Positions 1-8,609 of a DNA stretch of 36,575 bases are shown in pieces. A model generated the notes under the pieces. The model saw only the letters and a program-made list of their open reading frames with translations. It was not told where the DNA came from and made no database searches. Position 1 is the first letter of the stretch. Each line of letters starts with the position of its first letter. The stretch is from a virus (taxonomy: Duplodnaviria > Caudoviricetes). The position numbers were made by a program, and so were the translations under genes. Location: positions 1 to 36,575 of the IMG/VR virus record IMGVR_UViG_3300032753_000092, one strand, 5' to 3'.

Positions 1-2
1 CT

Positions 3-59
3 GCAGGAGCTTTGTTAGTAATTGCTGAATTACTTGGCATTGCTGAGGAGGTAGTATGA
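3..59 (+). CDS. 3' end of a small hydrophobic phage protein (partial, start outside window)
   Basis: Frame from base 3 reads AGALLVIAELLGIAEEVV*; its TGA overlaps the next ATG (ATGA at 56-59). Confidence 0.55.
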   Translation, partial: AGALLVIAELLGIAEEVV

Positions 60-274
60 GCTCAATAATTAAATTTCTTCAAACAGAAGATAATAAAGAG
101 GGTATTGCTTCTATCGTGCCTTGTACTGTTGAGTTTACAATAAGCGGAGCCGCTACTACTGGGGAGTTAGTTGAGCAGTTTACCTATTTCTTAAAGGCTA
201 TGGGTTATTATGTACCTGAAAACGCTCAGCTTGATTGGGTAAGTACAGATACCGGAGAGCCTATAGAGGATTAA
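56..274 (+). CDS. Hypothetical protein (72 aa)
   Basis: ORF with GAGGAGG upstream and ATGA coupling to the previous gene; no motif recognised. Confidence 0.7.
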   Translation: MSSIIKFLQTEDNKEGIASIVPCTVEFTISGAATTGELVEQFTYFLKAMGYYVPENAQLDWVSTDTGEPIED

Positions 275-285
275 TAAATAACTTT

Positions 286-651
286 ATGAAGTTAGTACCG
301 TTCCTATCATTTCTCAATCAAGTCAAGATATTCCATTGGCAAACGTTTTCGTATGCTCAGCATAAAGCCTTAAACAAGGCTTACCAAAATTTGGACGACC
401 AGTTTGATTTATTTGTAGAAACGTACTACGGAAAATACGGTAAATCATTGGAAAATAAGGTTTACCATTTTGAGATAGAATCGTTAACGGACCAAGATAC
501 CGTTAAGAAGATCTTAAGCAATAAGAAGAGAGAGCTGTTATCCTATCTTAGAACAGAAGTATGTAGTAATGAAGATCAAGATTTACTCAATATCGTTGCA
601 GATATTGAGATTGAGCTTAACCACTTGCAGTACTTTTTGGATCTGAAGTAG
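286..651 (+). CDS. Ferritin/Dps-like four-helix protein (DUF5856-like)
   Basis: FHWQTFSYAQHKAL...DLFVETYYG and C-terminal LNHLQYFL resemble phage ferritin-like proteins; start moved to ATG 286, 5 nt after TAAATA. Confidence 0.7.
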   Translation: MKLVPFLSFLNQVKIFHWQTFSYAQHKALNKAYQNLDDQFDLFVETYYGKYGKSLENKVYHFEIESLTDQDTVKKILSNKKRELLSYLRTEVCSNEDQDLLNIVADIEIELNHLQYFLDLK

Positions 652-1609
652 TTTCTACTTTAACAACTACTGGTCGGTCAGCAGTTGGTTTTTTCTTTGA
701 TCTAAACATTTCAATAGCAATAACTATTGCAATAATACCACCTAAAGAAGCTCCTACCACCCACATTTCTACTGTAGCAGCAACATACGCTAGTCCTAGT
801 GAAGCTATTGCCCCTAATCCCATTGTAATGTTCTTTAACAGGATTGCTAGTACAAGGAATAGTATACCAACACCAATTAAAGCTTTTACCATCAAACCAA
901 TAAGTTCTGCTTTTTGAGCAGCTTTAGCTAATTCTAATTGATCTGCAGCTTGTTTTTTAATTTGATCAATTTCAGCATTTCTTTCTACTTGTAATTTATT
1001 AATTGTCACCTTTTCTGCTTCTCTTAAAGCTGCTTTTTCTTTTTCTTGTTGATCTATCACCGTTTGCGCATTATCTAAAGCTTGTTTTTGCACAATAGCT
1101 AATTCTACCGCACCATTATACTTGGTATATAACTGATCAATAGTTAAAGCTTTTTCTTTATTAATTTCGGCTGTAATAACAGCTTTTTGTTCAGGTGTGA
1201 GTTTATCTGTACGATTCATTATTTCTTTAGCACGTAAGTGAGCTACAAGGGTATTCATATCTTGTTTCTTCTTCTCTTGTGTTACCATATAGATACCAAA
1301 ATTCAATTCACCAATCTTTGCAAAGTTGTCATCATCTTTTTTCTTTAACTCATCGTACGACTTTTGTAATTGATCTCTAGCTGCATTGTACTTTATTTCC
1401 ATTTCTTGACGTGCAGCTTCAACCCTTTTATTAGCTTCTGCTAGTTGATCAACTTGCTTTTGTGTGTTTTCTGCTTTAACAACAACTACAGCATTCTTGG
1501 CAATATTATCATCAGGTATTTTACCAACACTACTAAAACTTGGTGTGGATGGTACAATACTACATGCAACAAAACATAAGCAAATTAATGTAACTATAAC
1601 GTATTTCAT
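617..1609 (-). CDS. Lipoprotein with long coiled coil and C-terminal transmembrane helices (candidate unimolecular spanin)
   Basis: Signal peptide ending in lipobox-like FVAC(16); ~200 aa Ala/Glu/Lys/Gln-rich helical region; three hydrophobic segments followed by RSKKK. Confidence 0.6.
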   Translation of the reverse strand: MKYVIVTLICLCFVACSIVPSTPSFSSVGKIPDDNIAKNAVVVVKAENTQKQVDQLAEANKRVEAARQEMEIKYNAARDQLQKSYDELKKKDDDNFAKIGELNFGIYMVTQEKKKQDMNTLVAHLRAKEIMNRTDKLTPEQKAVITAEINKEKALTIDQLYTKYNGAVELAIVQKQALDNAQTVIDQQEKEKAALREAEKVTINKLQVERNAEIDQIKKQAADQLELAKAAQKAELIGLMVKALIGVGILFLVLAILLKNITMGLGAIASLGLAYVAATVEMWVVGASLGGIIAIVIAIEMFRSKKKPTADRPVVVKVETTSDPKSTASG

Positions 1610-1615
1610 ATAAAG

Positions 1616-1628
1616 TATTTAATAAATA
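1616..1628. promoter_or_regulatory. Back-to-back T4-like late promoters (TATTTA-A-TAAATA inverted repeat)
   Basis: TAAATA on both strands in a 26-bp divergent gap, 6 and 7 nt from the ATGs at 1609 (-) and 1636 (+). Confidence 0.65.
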
Positions 1629-1635
1629 ATACTAT

Positions 1636-2187
1636 ATGAACAAAGACATGCACAGCATTTATGAGACGTACAAAGGTACGGCAGCCAATAAAGAAATCTT
1701 AGAAGAAGGTCTTTTTGATAGACTTAAAGCTCGTGGTGCACAGGCGGTTGGTGCAGTTAAAGGTTTAGGTAATCAGGCTGCAGGTATTGCTAAAGGTGCT
1801 GTTGCAGGCGTTAAAGGTGACACAGCTGGTGTTCAAGCAGCTCAGCAACAAAGACGAGCAGGTGCTGCACAAGGTGAATTAGCTAAAATTAATTCATATA
1901 AAGCAACAGCAATGAAAAAGCTTGATGCTACTTCAAACGAAATTTTTAATGATTTAAAAGCTTTAGGAATTGATCTTTCAAAAGTATCACAAAAAAGCAT
2001 TGGTTCATTTAAAGGTCAATTAAACAAAGCCTTTGATGCTTTAACAGCAAGTATTCAAAACCCAGCAAGTGGGGAAGAAGATTGTGAATGGAGTACTGGT
2101 GAAGAAGATTGCGACGAAATGGTAGATGGTGTGAAAACAAGAGTTGGGTTAGAACCTCAGGTTAAACCAACAAAGTTCTTCCCTTAA
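1636..2187 (+). CDS. Putative internal head/virion protein
   Basis: Late promoter motif upstream; ILEEG resembles a gp21 cleavage site; Ala/Gly-rich region; duplicated GEEDC motif near the C-terminus. Confidence 0.55.
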   Translation: MNKDMHSIYETYKGTAANKEILEEGLFDRLKARGAQAVGAVKGLGNQAAGIAKGAVAGVKGDTAGVQAAQQQRRAGAAQGELAKINSYKATAMKKLDATSNEIFNDLKALGIDLSKVSQKSIGSFKGQLNKAFDALTASIQNPASGEEDCEWSTGEEDCDEMVDGVKTRVGLEPQVKPTKFFP

Positions 2188-2223
2188 TACTTGATAAAAT
2201 ATAGAGACTAAATAAGTCTTTAT

Positions 2224-2997
2224 ATGCGCATTGCTATTTCCGGGACAGCTAACCAGGGCAAGTCCACCCTAATTAAAGATTTTGTATCCAACTGGCCTAT
2301 GTATACAGTTGGTGGTAACTCTTATAGAGAGTATATTAAGAAGAATAAATCCCCACACAGTAAGAAAACAAACAAAGATACACAATGGAAGTATCTTAAC
2401 TTAATTGTTGAAGACTTACAAAGTTTTAAAAAAGACGATCATGTTATTTTTGACAGATGTGCTTTAGATAATTTGGTTTACTCGTTGTGGTGCTGTGATA
2501 AAGAGGTTGGTAGGATTGATGAGAAGTTTATCCAGAAATGTATACCAATTGTAAGAGAAAGTTATAAACATTTAGATATAGTATTTTTCTTACCTATTAC
2601 AAAGGTAGCTCCAGTACCTATAGAAGATAACGGTACAAGAGAAACTGACGAAATTTACGTTAAAGAAATTGATGCATTGTTTAAAAGTATGATGCAACAA
2701 TATCAGCATAATCTTGGAAGAAACCCTTTCTTTCCTTCAGATGATTGCCCTGGTTTTATTGAAATATTTGGTAAACCAGAAGAACGTATTCAAATGATAA
2801 AGTGGTATTTGGATGCAGAAGGTGATTTAATTGGTGGTGATGTAAACTCACCAGATAACCTTTTCAATCCAGAAAACTTAACTGAAATGGAAGAGTTAAT
2901 TAAGTCGCAAAAGCTACTTAAAGAACAAGAGACTTCAATGGCTGCTGAATTAGCAAAGATTAAAGACTTTGTTAAAGAGACTGGTGTAAAGTTTTAA
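2224..2997 (+). CDS. P-loop NMP-kinase-like protein (AAA_28/NadR-Ttd14-like)
   Basis: Walker A GTANQGKST at the N-terminus, DRCALDNLVY motif and EDNGTR lid-like motif. Confidence 0.75.
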   Translation: MRIAISGTANQGKSTLIKDFVSNWPMYTVGGNSYREYIKKNKSPHSKKTNKDTQWKYLNLIVEDLQSFKKDDHVIFDRCALDNLVYSLWCCDKEVGRIDEKFIQKCIPIVRESYKHLDIVFFLPITKVAPVPIEDNGTRETDEIYVKEIDALFKSMMQQYQHNLGRNPFFPSDDCPGFIEIFGKPEERIQMIKWYLDAEGDLIGGDVNSPDNLFNPENLTEMEELIKSQKLLKEQETSMAAELAKIKDFVKETGVKF

Positions 2998-4310
2998 GCT
3001 ACTCTCATCCAAATATACGTACCATATATTGGTGGTACGTTATTGTGAGGTGTATCAGTCGTTGCATTTGACAGTGTTGTAAACGTAGTGTTTAAATCTA
3101 AACGCCAAGCTGGAGCTGCTTGTGGACCGTTTTGATAACCATTTGTTGAATTTGTATTCTGTAATTGTATCTGAAAGTCATGTGAGTGTGAAGCAATTTG
3201 AGTTTTATCTAACTGCACGTTATATTCACCTAAACTATTTGCAGGAGCAATACCGTAATTAGCAGTTACTATAACGTCACTTGCTGGCATATAAAAACTA
3301 ACTTCACCAGGTTTACTATAATCTACTGGTTGACTAAAGCCTGAACCATTAACTGTAAAACCTAACAATTGATAACCTGCATATGCATTACCAATAATTA
3401 CAACTGGATCATTGTAGTGATAACCACTTTCTGTTGTAGGGCCATAGCCAGTTTGATAAGAACAAGATCCTCCACCCACCGGATTGGTTAATAAGGTAAC
3501 ATAATGTACACCTGCAAGTGGAGAACTAACAGGTGTAAATGTACCTGTTACTGTCACGTTATTAGGAGGCATATAAAAACTAATTTGACCAAATACTGAA
3601 GTATCTACATCACCAAACGTTGTACCGTCTTGGTTTGTTACTGTCCAAGAAGAAAAATTGTACCCTGTGTTTGGAGTAGCTACAATAATAACTGGTTGGT
3701 TAGGTGTAAACCCACCGTAATTGTATGGTTCCCAACCTGATTTATATGTCACTGAACCACCTGCAACTGGGCTATTAACTAAATTTGTATAGTATAAATC
3801 TCCTGGAGGTGATCCTGCTGCAGCTGCATTAGCTCCTGGATAAAAGTATTCATTAGTTCTATTTTTATCCCCATTAATATATGGAGCTCCATTTTCATAT
3901 GTATGACCAACTCCTGCTAATAATTGTCCTTGGCCAACTAAAGTCCAAACTGTATTAGCTATATATGTTCCTGGATTGACATTATCACTTGTACATTTAA
4001 TACTACTAATTGGATATATTGCTAATGATAAATTTGTAAAAGCGTTATTAACTTGATTAACAATTAAACTTGAAAGGTAATTATATTCTGTTGTATTTTG
4101 AGACGATAAAGAATATAAAGAAGTAGATAAGAATGCTATTTCAGTGGTGTGTGCTGATATAGTAGGTGAGAAAGTAGCATTGTCGTAACCAAATATTAAA
4201 TTATTAAACGATACTTGCTTTGTAATATTGTCTTGTTGAACAATAAACAAATCATTGCCTACAATTGTGCTTGTTTCTGGTAGATATAAAATTCCAAGAC
4301 TTGATGACAT
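2994..4310 (-). CDS. Baseplate/short fibre protein (gp10-C/collar-like) with two inserted InlB B-repeat-like domains
   Basis: YPISS..NPG..W..GQGQLLAGVG, GEY....L...IASHSH and HNNVPPIYGTYIWMRVA; internal repeats ATPNTGYNFSSW..MPPNNVTVTGTF and AYAGYQLLGF..MPASDVIVTANY. Confidence 0.7.
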   Translation of the reverse strand: MSSSLGILYLPETSTIVGNDLFIVQQDNITKQVSFNNLIFGYDNATFSPTISAHTTEIAFLSTSLYSLSSQNTTEYNYLSSLIVNQVNNAFTNLSLAIYPISSIKCTSDNVNPGTYIANTVWTLVGQGQLLAGVGHTYENGAPYINGDKNRTNEYFYPGANAAAAGSPPGDLYYTNLVNSPVAGGSVTYKSGWEPYNYGGFTPNQPVIIVATPNTGYNFSSWTVTNQDGTTFGDVDTSVFGQISFYMPPNNVTVTGTFTPVSSPLAGVHYVTLLTNPVGGGSCSYQTGYGPTTESGYHYNDPVVIIGNAYAGYQLLGFTVNGSGFSQPVDYSKPGEVSFYMPASDVIVTANYGIAPANSLGEYNVQLDKTQIASHSHDFQIQLQNTNSTNGYQNGPQAAPAWRLDLNTTFTTLSNATTDTPHNNVPPIYGTYIWMRVA

Positions 4311-4319
4311 GTTATGTTA

Positions 4320-5033
4320 TTAGCTTACACGTTTCCAAACATAAACACCATAAAATGGTGGTACGTTATTGTGAGATTGATCACCATTAGCATTAGTAAA
4401 AGTTGTGTACGTTGTCAATGTATCTAATCTGTAAGCTGGAGCAGCTTGTGGACCATTTTGGTAACTCGTTGTTGAGTTAGTGGTTTGTAAATGTATTTGA
4501 AAATCGTGTGTATGAGCAGGTAACTCAGCTGCTAACAATGTATGGTTGTATTCACCAACGTTAAAATTACTTGCAGCATTTTCTTCACCAACCGTTAAAC
4601 CGACACCGTTTTTATCTACACCATTACCTACACCAGCAACAAATAAACCTTGTGAAACTTGATCCCAACTTGTACCAAATATGTAAAGCCCTGGGTTAAT
4701 ACTATTTGTTGTAAACATTATACAATTTACTGGATATAATATGTTTAAAAAGTTAGCTGTAGCTGTTTGTACCGTGGTGTTTAGTAAGCTTTCTAATGAA
4801 TTAACTTCACTATAAAGTTGTGATGATAAGGAACTTATATTTGTTGATAGTGATACAATATCAGTTGATTGACTTGAAATAGTTGAAGCAAAAGTAACGT
4901 TATCTAAACCAAATATTAAGTTCTGGTAATCTAACTTTTTTGCACCTGTTATATCTTCAATAACAAAGAAATCACCATTTTGAACCTCTCCGGCTACTGG
5001 TAATTGGTCAAAACTTAACGTTGCAGTTGACAT
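4320..5033 (-). CDS. Baseplate/short fibre protein (gp10-C/collar-like), paralog of 2994-4310
   Basis: YPVNC..NPG..GTSW..GLFVAGVG, GEYNHTLLAAELPAHTH and HNNVPPFYGVYVWKRVS; TAAATA 6 nt upstream. Confidence 0.72.
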   Translation of the reverse strand: MSTATLSFDQLPVAGEVQNGDFFVIEDITGAKKLDYQNLIFGLDNVTFASTISSQSTDIVSLSTNISSLSSQLYSEVNSLESLLNTTVQTATANFLNILYPVNCIMFTTNSINPGLYIFGTSWDQVSQGLFVAGVGNGVDKNGVGLTVGEENAASNFNVGEYNHTLLAAELPAHTHDFQIHLQTTNSTTSYQNGPQAAPAYRLDTLTTYTTFTNANGDQSHNNVPPFYGVYVWKRVS

Positions 5034-5054
5034 ATTAATTATTTATGTTATAAT
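5027..5054 (+). promoter_or_regulatory. Sigma70-type promoter for the glycan cluster, overlapping a divergent late promoter
   Basis: TTGACA (5027-5032), 16 nt, TATAAT (5049-5054) with extended TG; ATG 6 nt later. TAAATA on the minus strand at 5040-5045. Confidence 0.7.
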
Positions 5055-5060
5055 ACTAGT

Positions 5061-5888
5061 ATGGCTAAAATAGGTGTTGGCATAATAACATGCAATAGAA
5101 ACGAATTTTTAAAAGGCTTACTAGCTACATTACCTAAAGATGTTATAGACGAACTAGTAGTAGTTAATGATGGTAAAGCTGAAAATCAAATAGAAGTACC
5201 AGGTACCTGGCTACAAAATGAAGTTAATATTGGTGTAGGTAAATCTAAAAACAAAGCAATGAAACACCTATATGATGTAGGTTGTGATTATATTTTTATA
5301 ATTGAAGATGATATGCTTATTAAAGATAAATCTGTATTTGATAGATACATTAAAGCATGTGAAGCAAGTGGTATACAACACTTTAACTACGGGCCAGGTT
5401 CACCATTTAATCGTAAACAAACAATACAAAATTTTGATTTACATAATAGACATTTGTTAGATCAGCACAGTGAACCAAACCCAAAGCTTGTAATTGATTA
5501 TGGCAATGATATAAAGATTGCTTTGTATGAACATACAGTGGCAATGTTTTCGTTCTTTACACGTAAAGTATTTGAAACTGTTGGTTATATTGATGAAAAT
5601 TACTACAACGCTTGGGAGCACGTAGACCATACATACTGTATTATTAAAGCAGGAATGCACCCACCATTTTGGTGGTTTGCAGACATTGCAGATAGTGATA
5701 AATATTTGACAGAAGCACCTGGTGCAATTGATAATTCATCTATTGCAAACAAATCAGACCAGTGGCTTAAAAACGTCAATATGGGTAGAGAAATATATCT
5801 TAAAAAACACGGCCACTATCCAAATATGCCACCATACGTGACTAAAGAACAAGTCATACAGTCCCTGAAAGACATAAAAAGAAAATGA
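5061..5888 (+). CDS. Glycosyltransferase, GT2 family
   Basis: IITCNR, VVVNDG, N.GVGKSKN, IFIIEDD, GYIDENY...WEHVD. Confidence 0.85.
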   Translation: MAKIGVGIITCNRNEFLKGLLATLPKDVIDELVVVNDGKAENQIEVPGTWLQNEVNIGVGKSKNKAMKHLYDVGCDYIFIIEDDMLIKDKSVFDRYIKACEASGIQHFNYGPGSPFNRKQTIQNFDLHNRHLLDQHSEPNPKLVIDYGNDIKIALYEHTVAMFSFFTRKVFETVGYIDENYYNAWEHVDHTYCIIKAGMHPPFWWFADIADSDKYLTEAPGAIDNSSIANKSDQWLKNVNMGREIYLKKHGHYPNMPPYVTKEQVIQSLKDIKRK

Positions 5889-6520
5889 AATTAGGTATAT
5901 GTCTAGTAGGTATAAGCCATCTCATACACGATCAAAGATGGCCTATCTCTAGATCATACCTCGATTGTAAAGAAAATTTTACAGAAGAAATACTCAAACC
6001 ACTAGCAAAGTTTGATACAAAAATATATCTTACCAGTTACCTATCACCTGAAACTGGTAATATTATAGATTTTTATAAGCCAGAAGCTTGTCAATTTCTT
6101 AACATAAAAAGCTCACATCAAATTAAAACGTTCATTAAGAGTATAGAGCAGGTAGAGGCTGAAGATTTGGATTACGTTTTATTTACCAGGTTTGACATCT
6201 ATTTTAACAAAGGTAAATTAAAGACGTTAAATTACAATTTAAACAACGTTAACTTTTTATGTCGTGAAAAAGATCATTGGGATAACATGAATTTCGTTAA
6301 TGATTGCTTTTACTTTTTACCTACAAAACACTTATTACAGTTTAAAAAGGCGTGTGTAGCACTGTTAAGCAACCCACCAAGACCTGGGCTTATGGATATG
6401 CACGGGCTATATAAAATATTAACCAATTACCTTTCCACAGATAATATTTCTTTCATGACGGAAGAACATCATTTAAGTAGTAAAAATTCTATATACGAAC
6501 TCAAGAGAAGAACACGTTGA
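5885..6520 (+). CDS. Putative glycosyltransferase/sugar-modifying protein
   Basis: MKLGICLVG start, DYVLFTRFD and NDCFY motifs; position within the GT cluster. Confidence 0.5.
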   Translation: MKLGICLVGISHLIHDQRWPISRSYLDCKENFTEEILKPLAKFDTKIYLTSYLSPETGNIIDFYKPEACQFLNIKSSHQIKTFIKSIEQVEAEDLDYVLFTRFDIYFNKGKLKTLNYNLNNVNFLCREKDHWDNMNFVNDCFYFLPTKHLLQFKKACVALLSNPPRPGLMDMHGLYKILTNYLSTDNISFMTEEHHLSSKNSIYELKRRTR

Positions 6521-6544
6521 TTATATAAATCTATATATTATAAT
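6517..6544 (+). promoter_or_regulatory. Sigma70-type promoter
   Basis: TTGATT, 16 nt, TATAAT; ATG 6551 is 6 nt downstream. Confidence 0.55.
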
Positions 6545-6550
6545 TGACAA

Positions 6551-7192
6551 ATGGTTGTTTTAATATTATCCAATACAGCTAATCCTGAGTACTACATGAT
6601 GTTGGAAGAGTGTATAAACTCTTTACAGGGATTTGAAGCTGTTGTCGTAGAAACTAACACTAAGCTAAAAGATAAAAACATACCTTTAGCTTCTAAAGCC
6701 AAGTTTATATTTCCAAATGAACCTTTTAACTACAATAGATTTCTTAATTTAGGTATTGAACAAATTAAGAGTGATAAAATTTTAATATCTAATAATGATG
6801 TCGTTTATCATAATGACAGTTTAATTAACTTGAGTTTAGCTCTTGACACGTTTGATTCAGTAAGCCCTAAAGATCTTAATAATCCTAAACACCAGTACTT
6901 CTTCCAAGACCCTATTGAAGGTTATGATATTGGGGTGCATGTAACAGGTTGTTGTATTGGTTTGACACGCAAGACTTTAGATACGATTGGTAAGTTTGAT
7001 GAGACGTTTAAGTTTTGGTACCAAGATAATGACTATGCTAATTTACTTAAAAAGCATAACTTAAAGCATGCATTAGTACCTGAAGCAATGGTTACACATA
7101 AAGGTTTTAGTAGTCATAAATTACTTGGTGATAAATTAACTGATATGACTCACGGATTGGAAAGCACTTACAAGGAGAAGTGGTTTGAATGA
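6551..7192 (+). CDS. Glycosyltransferase, GT2 family
   Basis: FNYNRFLNLG, ISNNDV, GKFDETFKFWYQDND. Confidence 0.85.
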   Translation: MVVLILSNTANPEYYMMLEECINSLQGFEAVVVETNTKLKDKNIPLASKAKFIFPNEPFNYNRFLNLGIEQIKSDKILISNNDVVYHNDSLINLSLALDTFDSVSPKDLNNPKHQYFFQDPIEGYDIGVHVTGCCIGLTRKTLDTIGKFDETFKFWYQDNDYANLLKKHNLKHALVPEAMVTHKGFSSHKLLGDKLTDMTHGLESTYKEKWFE

Positions 7193-7917
7193 AAATAGCA
7201 CTACTTTGTCCTACAAGAAATAGAAGAAACAAACTTCTTACACTTATTGCAAGTTTAATAACTACCGTTAAGACTGACGGGGTGTATTTGGTATTAGGAG
7301 TTGATGAAGATGATCCAATTAAAAAATATTATGATTACCTTCAGCATAATGTACCTTTTATTAGAGTAATTACTTTTAAAAATAATGGTAAGTTTTTAGG
7401 ATTGTCTACCATGTGGAATGAAATGGTAAAACAAACACAAGATGTAAACATTTATGCAATGATAGGTGATGATATGACGTTTTTAACTCAAGACTGGGAT
7501 GTAGAAATAAAGAAAGAGTTTGAAAACGGCCCTAAAGACAATGTTTTAATGGTCCATTGTAATGATGGTATGAGAGGACCAGGTAACAAGTATGAAAATG
7601 TTAAACCGTTTTGTGTTAACTTCTTTGTACATAAAAAGTGCGTAGACGCATTAGGTTACTTTGTTGAACCTTACATTGAAAATATTCATCAAGACACATG
7701 GTGTCAAGTTGTTTATGATTCAGTAGGTAGGACAAAATATAGACATGACATTTTAATTAAACATTTACATGTTAGTGAAACGAAAGATAAAGTAGATCCA
7801 ATCACAGATAACTTAGAGAAGTTAAGAGTTGGTATTTGGGATAATAATAATTGGATGACAACATATAGAAAAGAACTTGAAGGAGATGTAGCTAAGCTAC
7901 AGAAATTAATTAAATGA
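7189..7917 (+). CDS. Glycosyltransferase, GT2-like (GT-A fold)
   Basis: LLCPTRNR, GVDEDD, MIGDDM, HCNDG, late HLH motif. Confidence 0.75.
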   Translation: MKIALLCPTRNRRNKLLTLIASLITTVKTDGVYLVLGVDEDDPIKKYYDYLQHNVPFIRVITFKNNGKFLGLSTMWNEMVKQTQDVNIYAMIGDDMTFLTQDWDVEIKKEFENGPKDNVLMVHCNDGMRGPGNKYENVKPFCVNFFVHKKCVDALGYFVEPYIENIHQDTWCQVVYDSVGRTKYRHDILIKHLHVSETKDKVDPITDNLEKLRVGIWDNNNWMTTYRKELEGDVAKLQKLIK

Positions 7918-8609
7918 AAAAGATAGGAATAATACAACCAGGTAGATTAGGTGATTTGTTTATATGTCTACCAATAGCTAAATACTACAGCAAGAAAGGC
8001 TATAAAGTTTATTGGCCAGTGATGGTAGATTATGTTAACTTAGCGCATTTCATTGCAGATTATGCAATTTTTATACCAGTAACAAGTGATGTTTACAAGT
8101 GTGTTGATGAAGCTAGAGATGCATTAAAGTATCACAAAGTAGATAAAGTTATAGATATAGCTGCAACCTTTCCTGGTAGTACATGCACAGAAGAGTATGT
8201 TAAATTGGGAGATGGTTTTGGTGAAGAAAAGTTTGATGAATTCAAATACAGATTAGCTAAAGTACCTTTTAAAAATAAATGGAATCTTCAATATACTAGA
8301 GATTTAGATAGAGAACAAGAAGTGTATGACTTATATGTAAAAGAGAAGAAGTATGATGTGGTTGGTTTAAAACATTCAAGAGGTGAAGCTAATGTACAAG
8401 TACTAAGTAAGAATCAAGTAATTCACATAAATGAAAAACACCGTATAGTGGATTGGCGTAAAGTGTTAGAGGGTGCTGAGCACATTGTACTTGTAGATAG
8501 TGCAATGGCTAATTTTGTAGAACAGTTAAACTTACCTAATAAGAAAACGTTAGTTACAAAGCCTGGTCAACCAACACCGACATTTAAAAATAAATGGGAT
8601 ATAAGATGA
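7914..8609 (+). CDS. GT-B glycosyltransferase, GT9 (heptosyltransferase)-like
   Basis: QPGRLGDLFICLP at the N-terminus and LEGAEHIVLVDSAMAN near the C-terminus. Confidence 0.6.
   Translation: MKKIGIIQPGRLGDLFICLPIAKYYSKKGYKVYWPVMVDYVNLAHFIADYAIFIPVTSDVYKCVDEARDALKYHKVDKVIDIAATFPGSTCTEEYVKLGDGFGEEKFDEFKYRLAKVPFKNKWNLQYTRDLDREQEVYDLYVKEKKYDVVGLKHSRGEANVQVLSKNQVIHINEKHRIVDWRKVLEGAEHIVLVDSAMANFVEQLNLPNKKTLVTKPGQPTPTFKNKWDIR

Noticed and set aside
235-285. Longer N-termini given by the ORF track (also 8594, 9343, 10197, 11710, 20927)
   Set aside because: Downstream ATGs match stop/start overlaps or promoter spacing better.
2994-4560. Diversity-generating retroelement TR/VR pair in the duplicated fibre C-termini
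   Set aside because: Both copies are coding, differences are not confined to adenines, and no reverse transcriptase is in the window.
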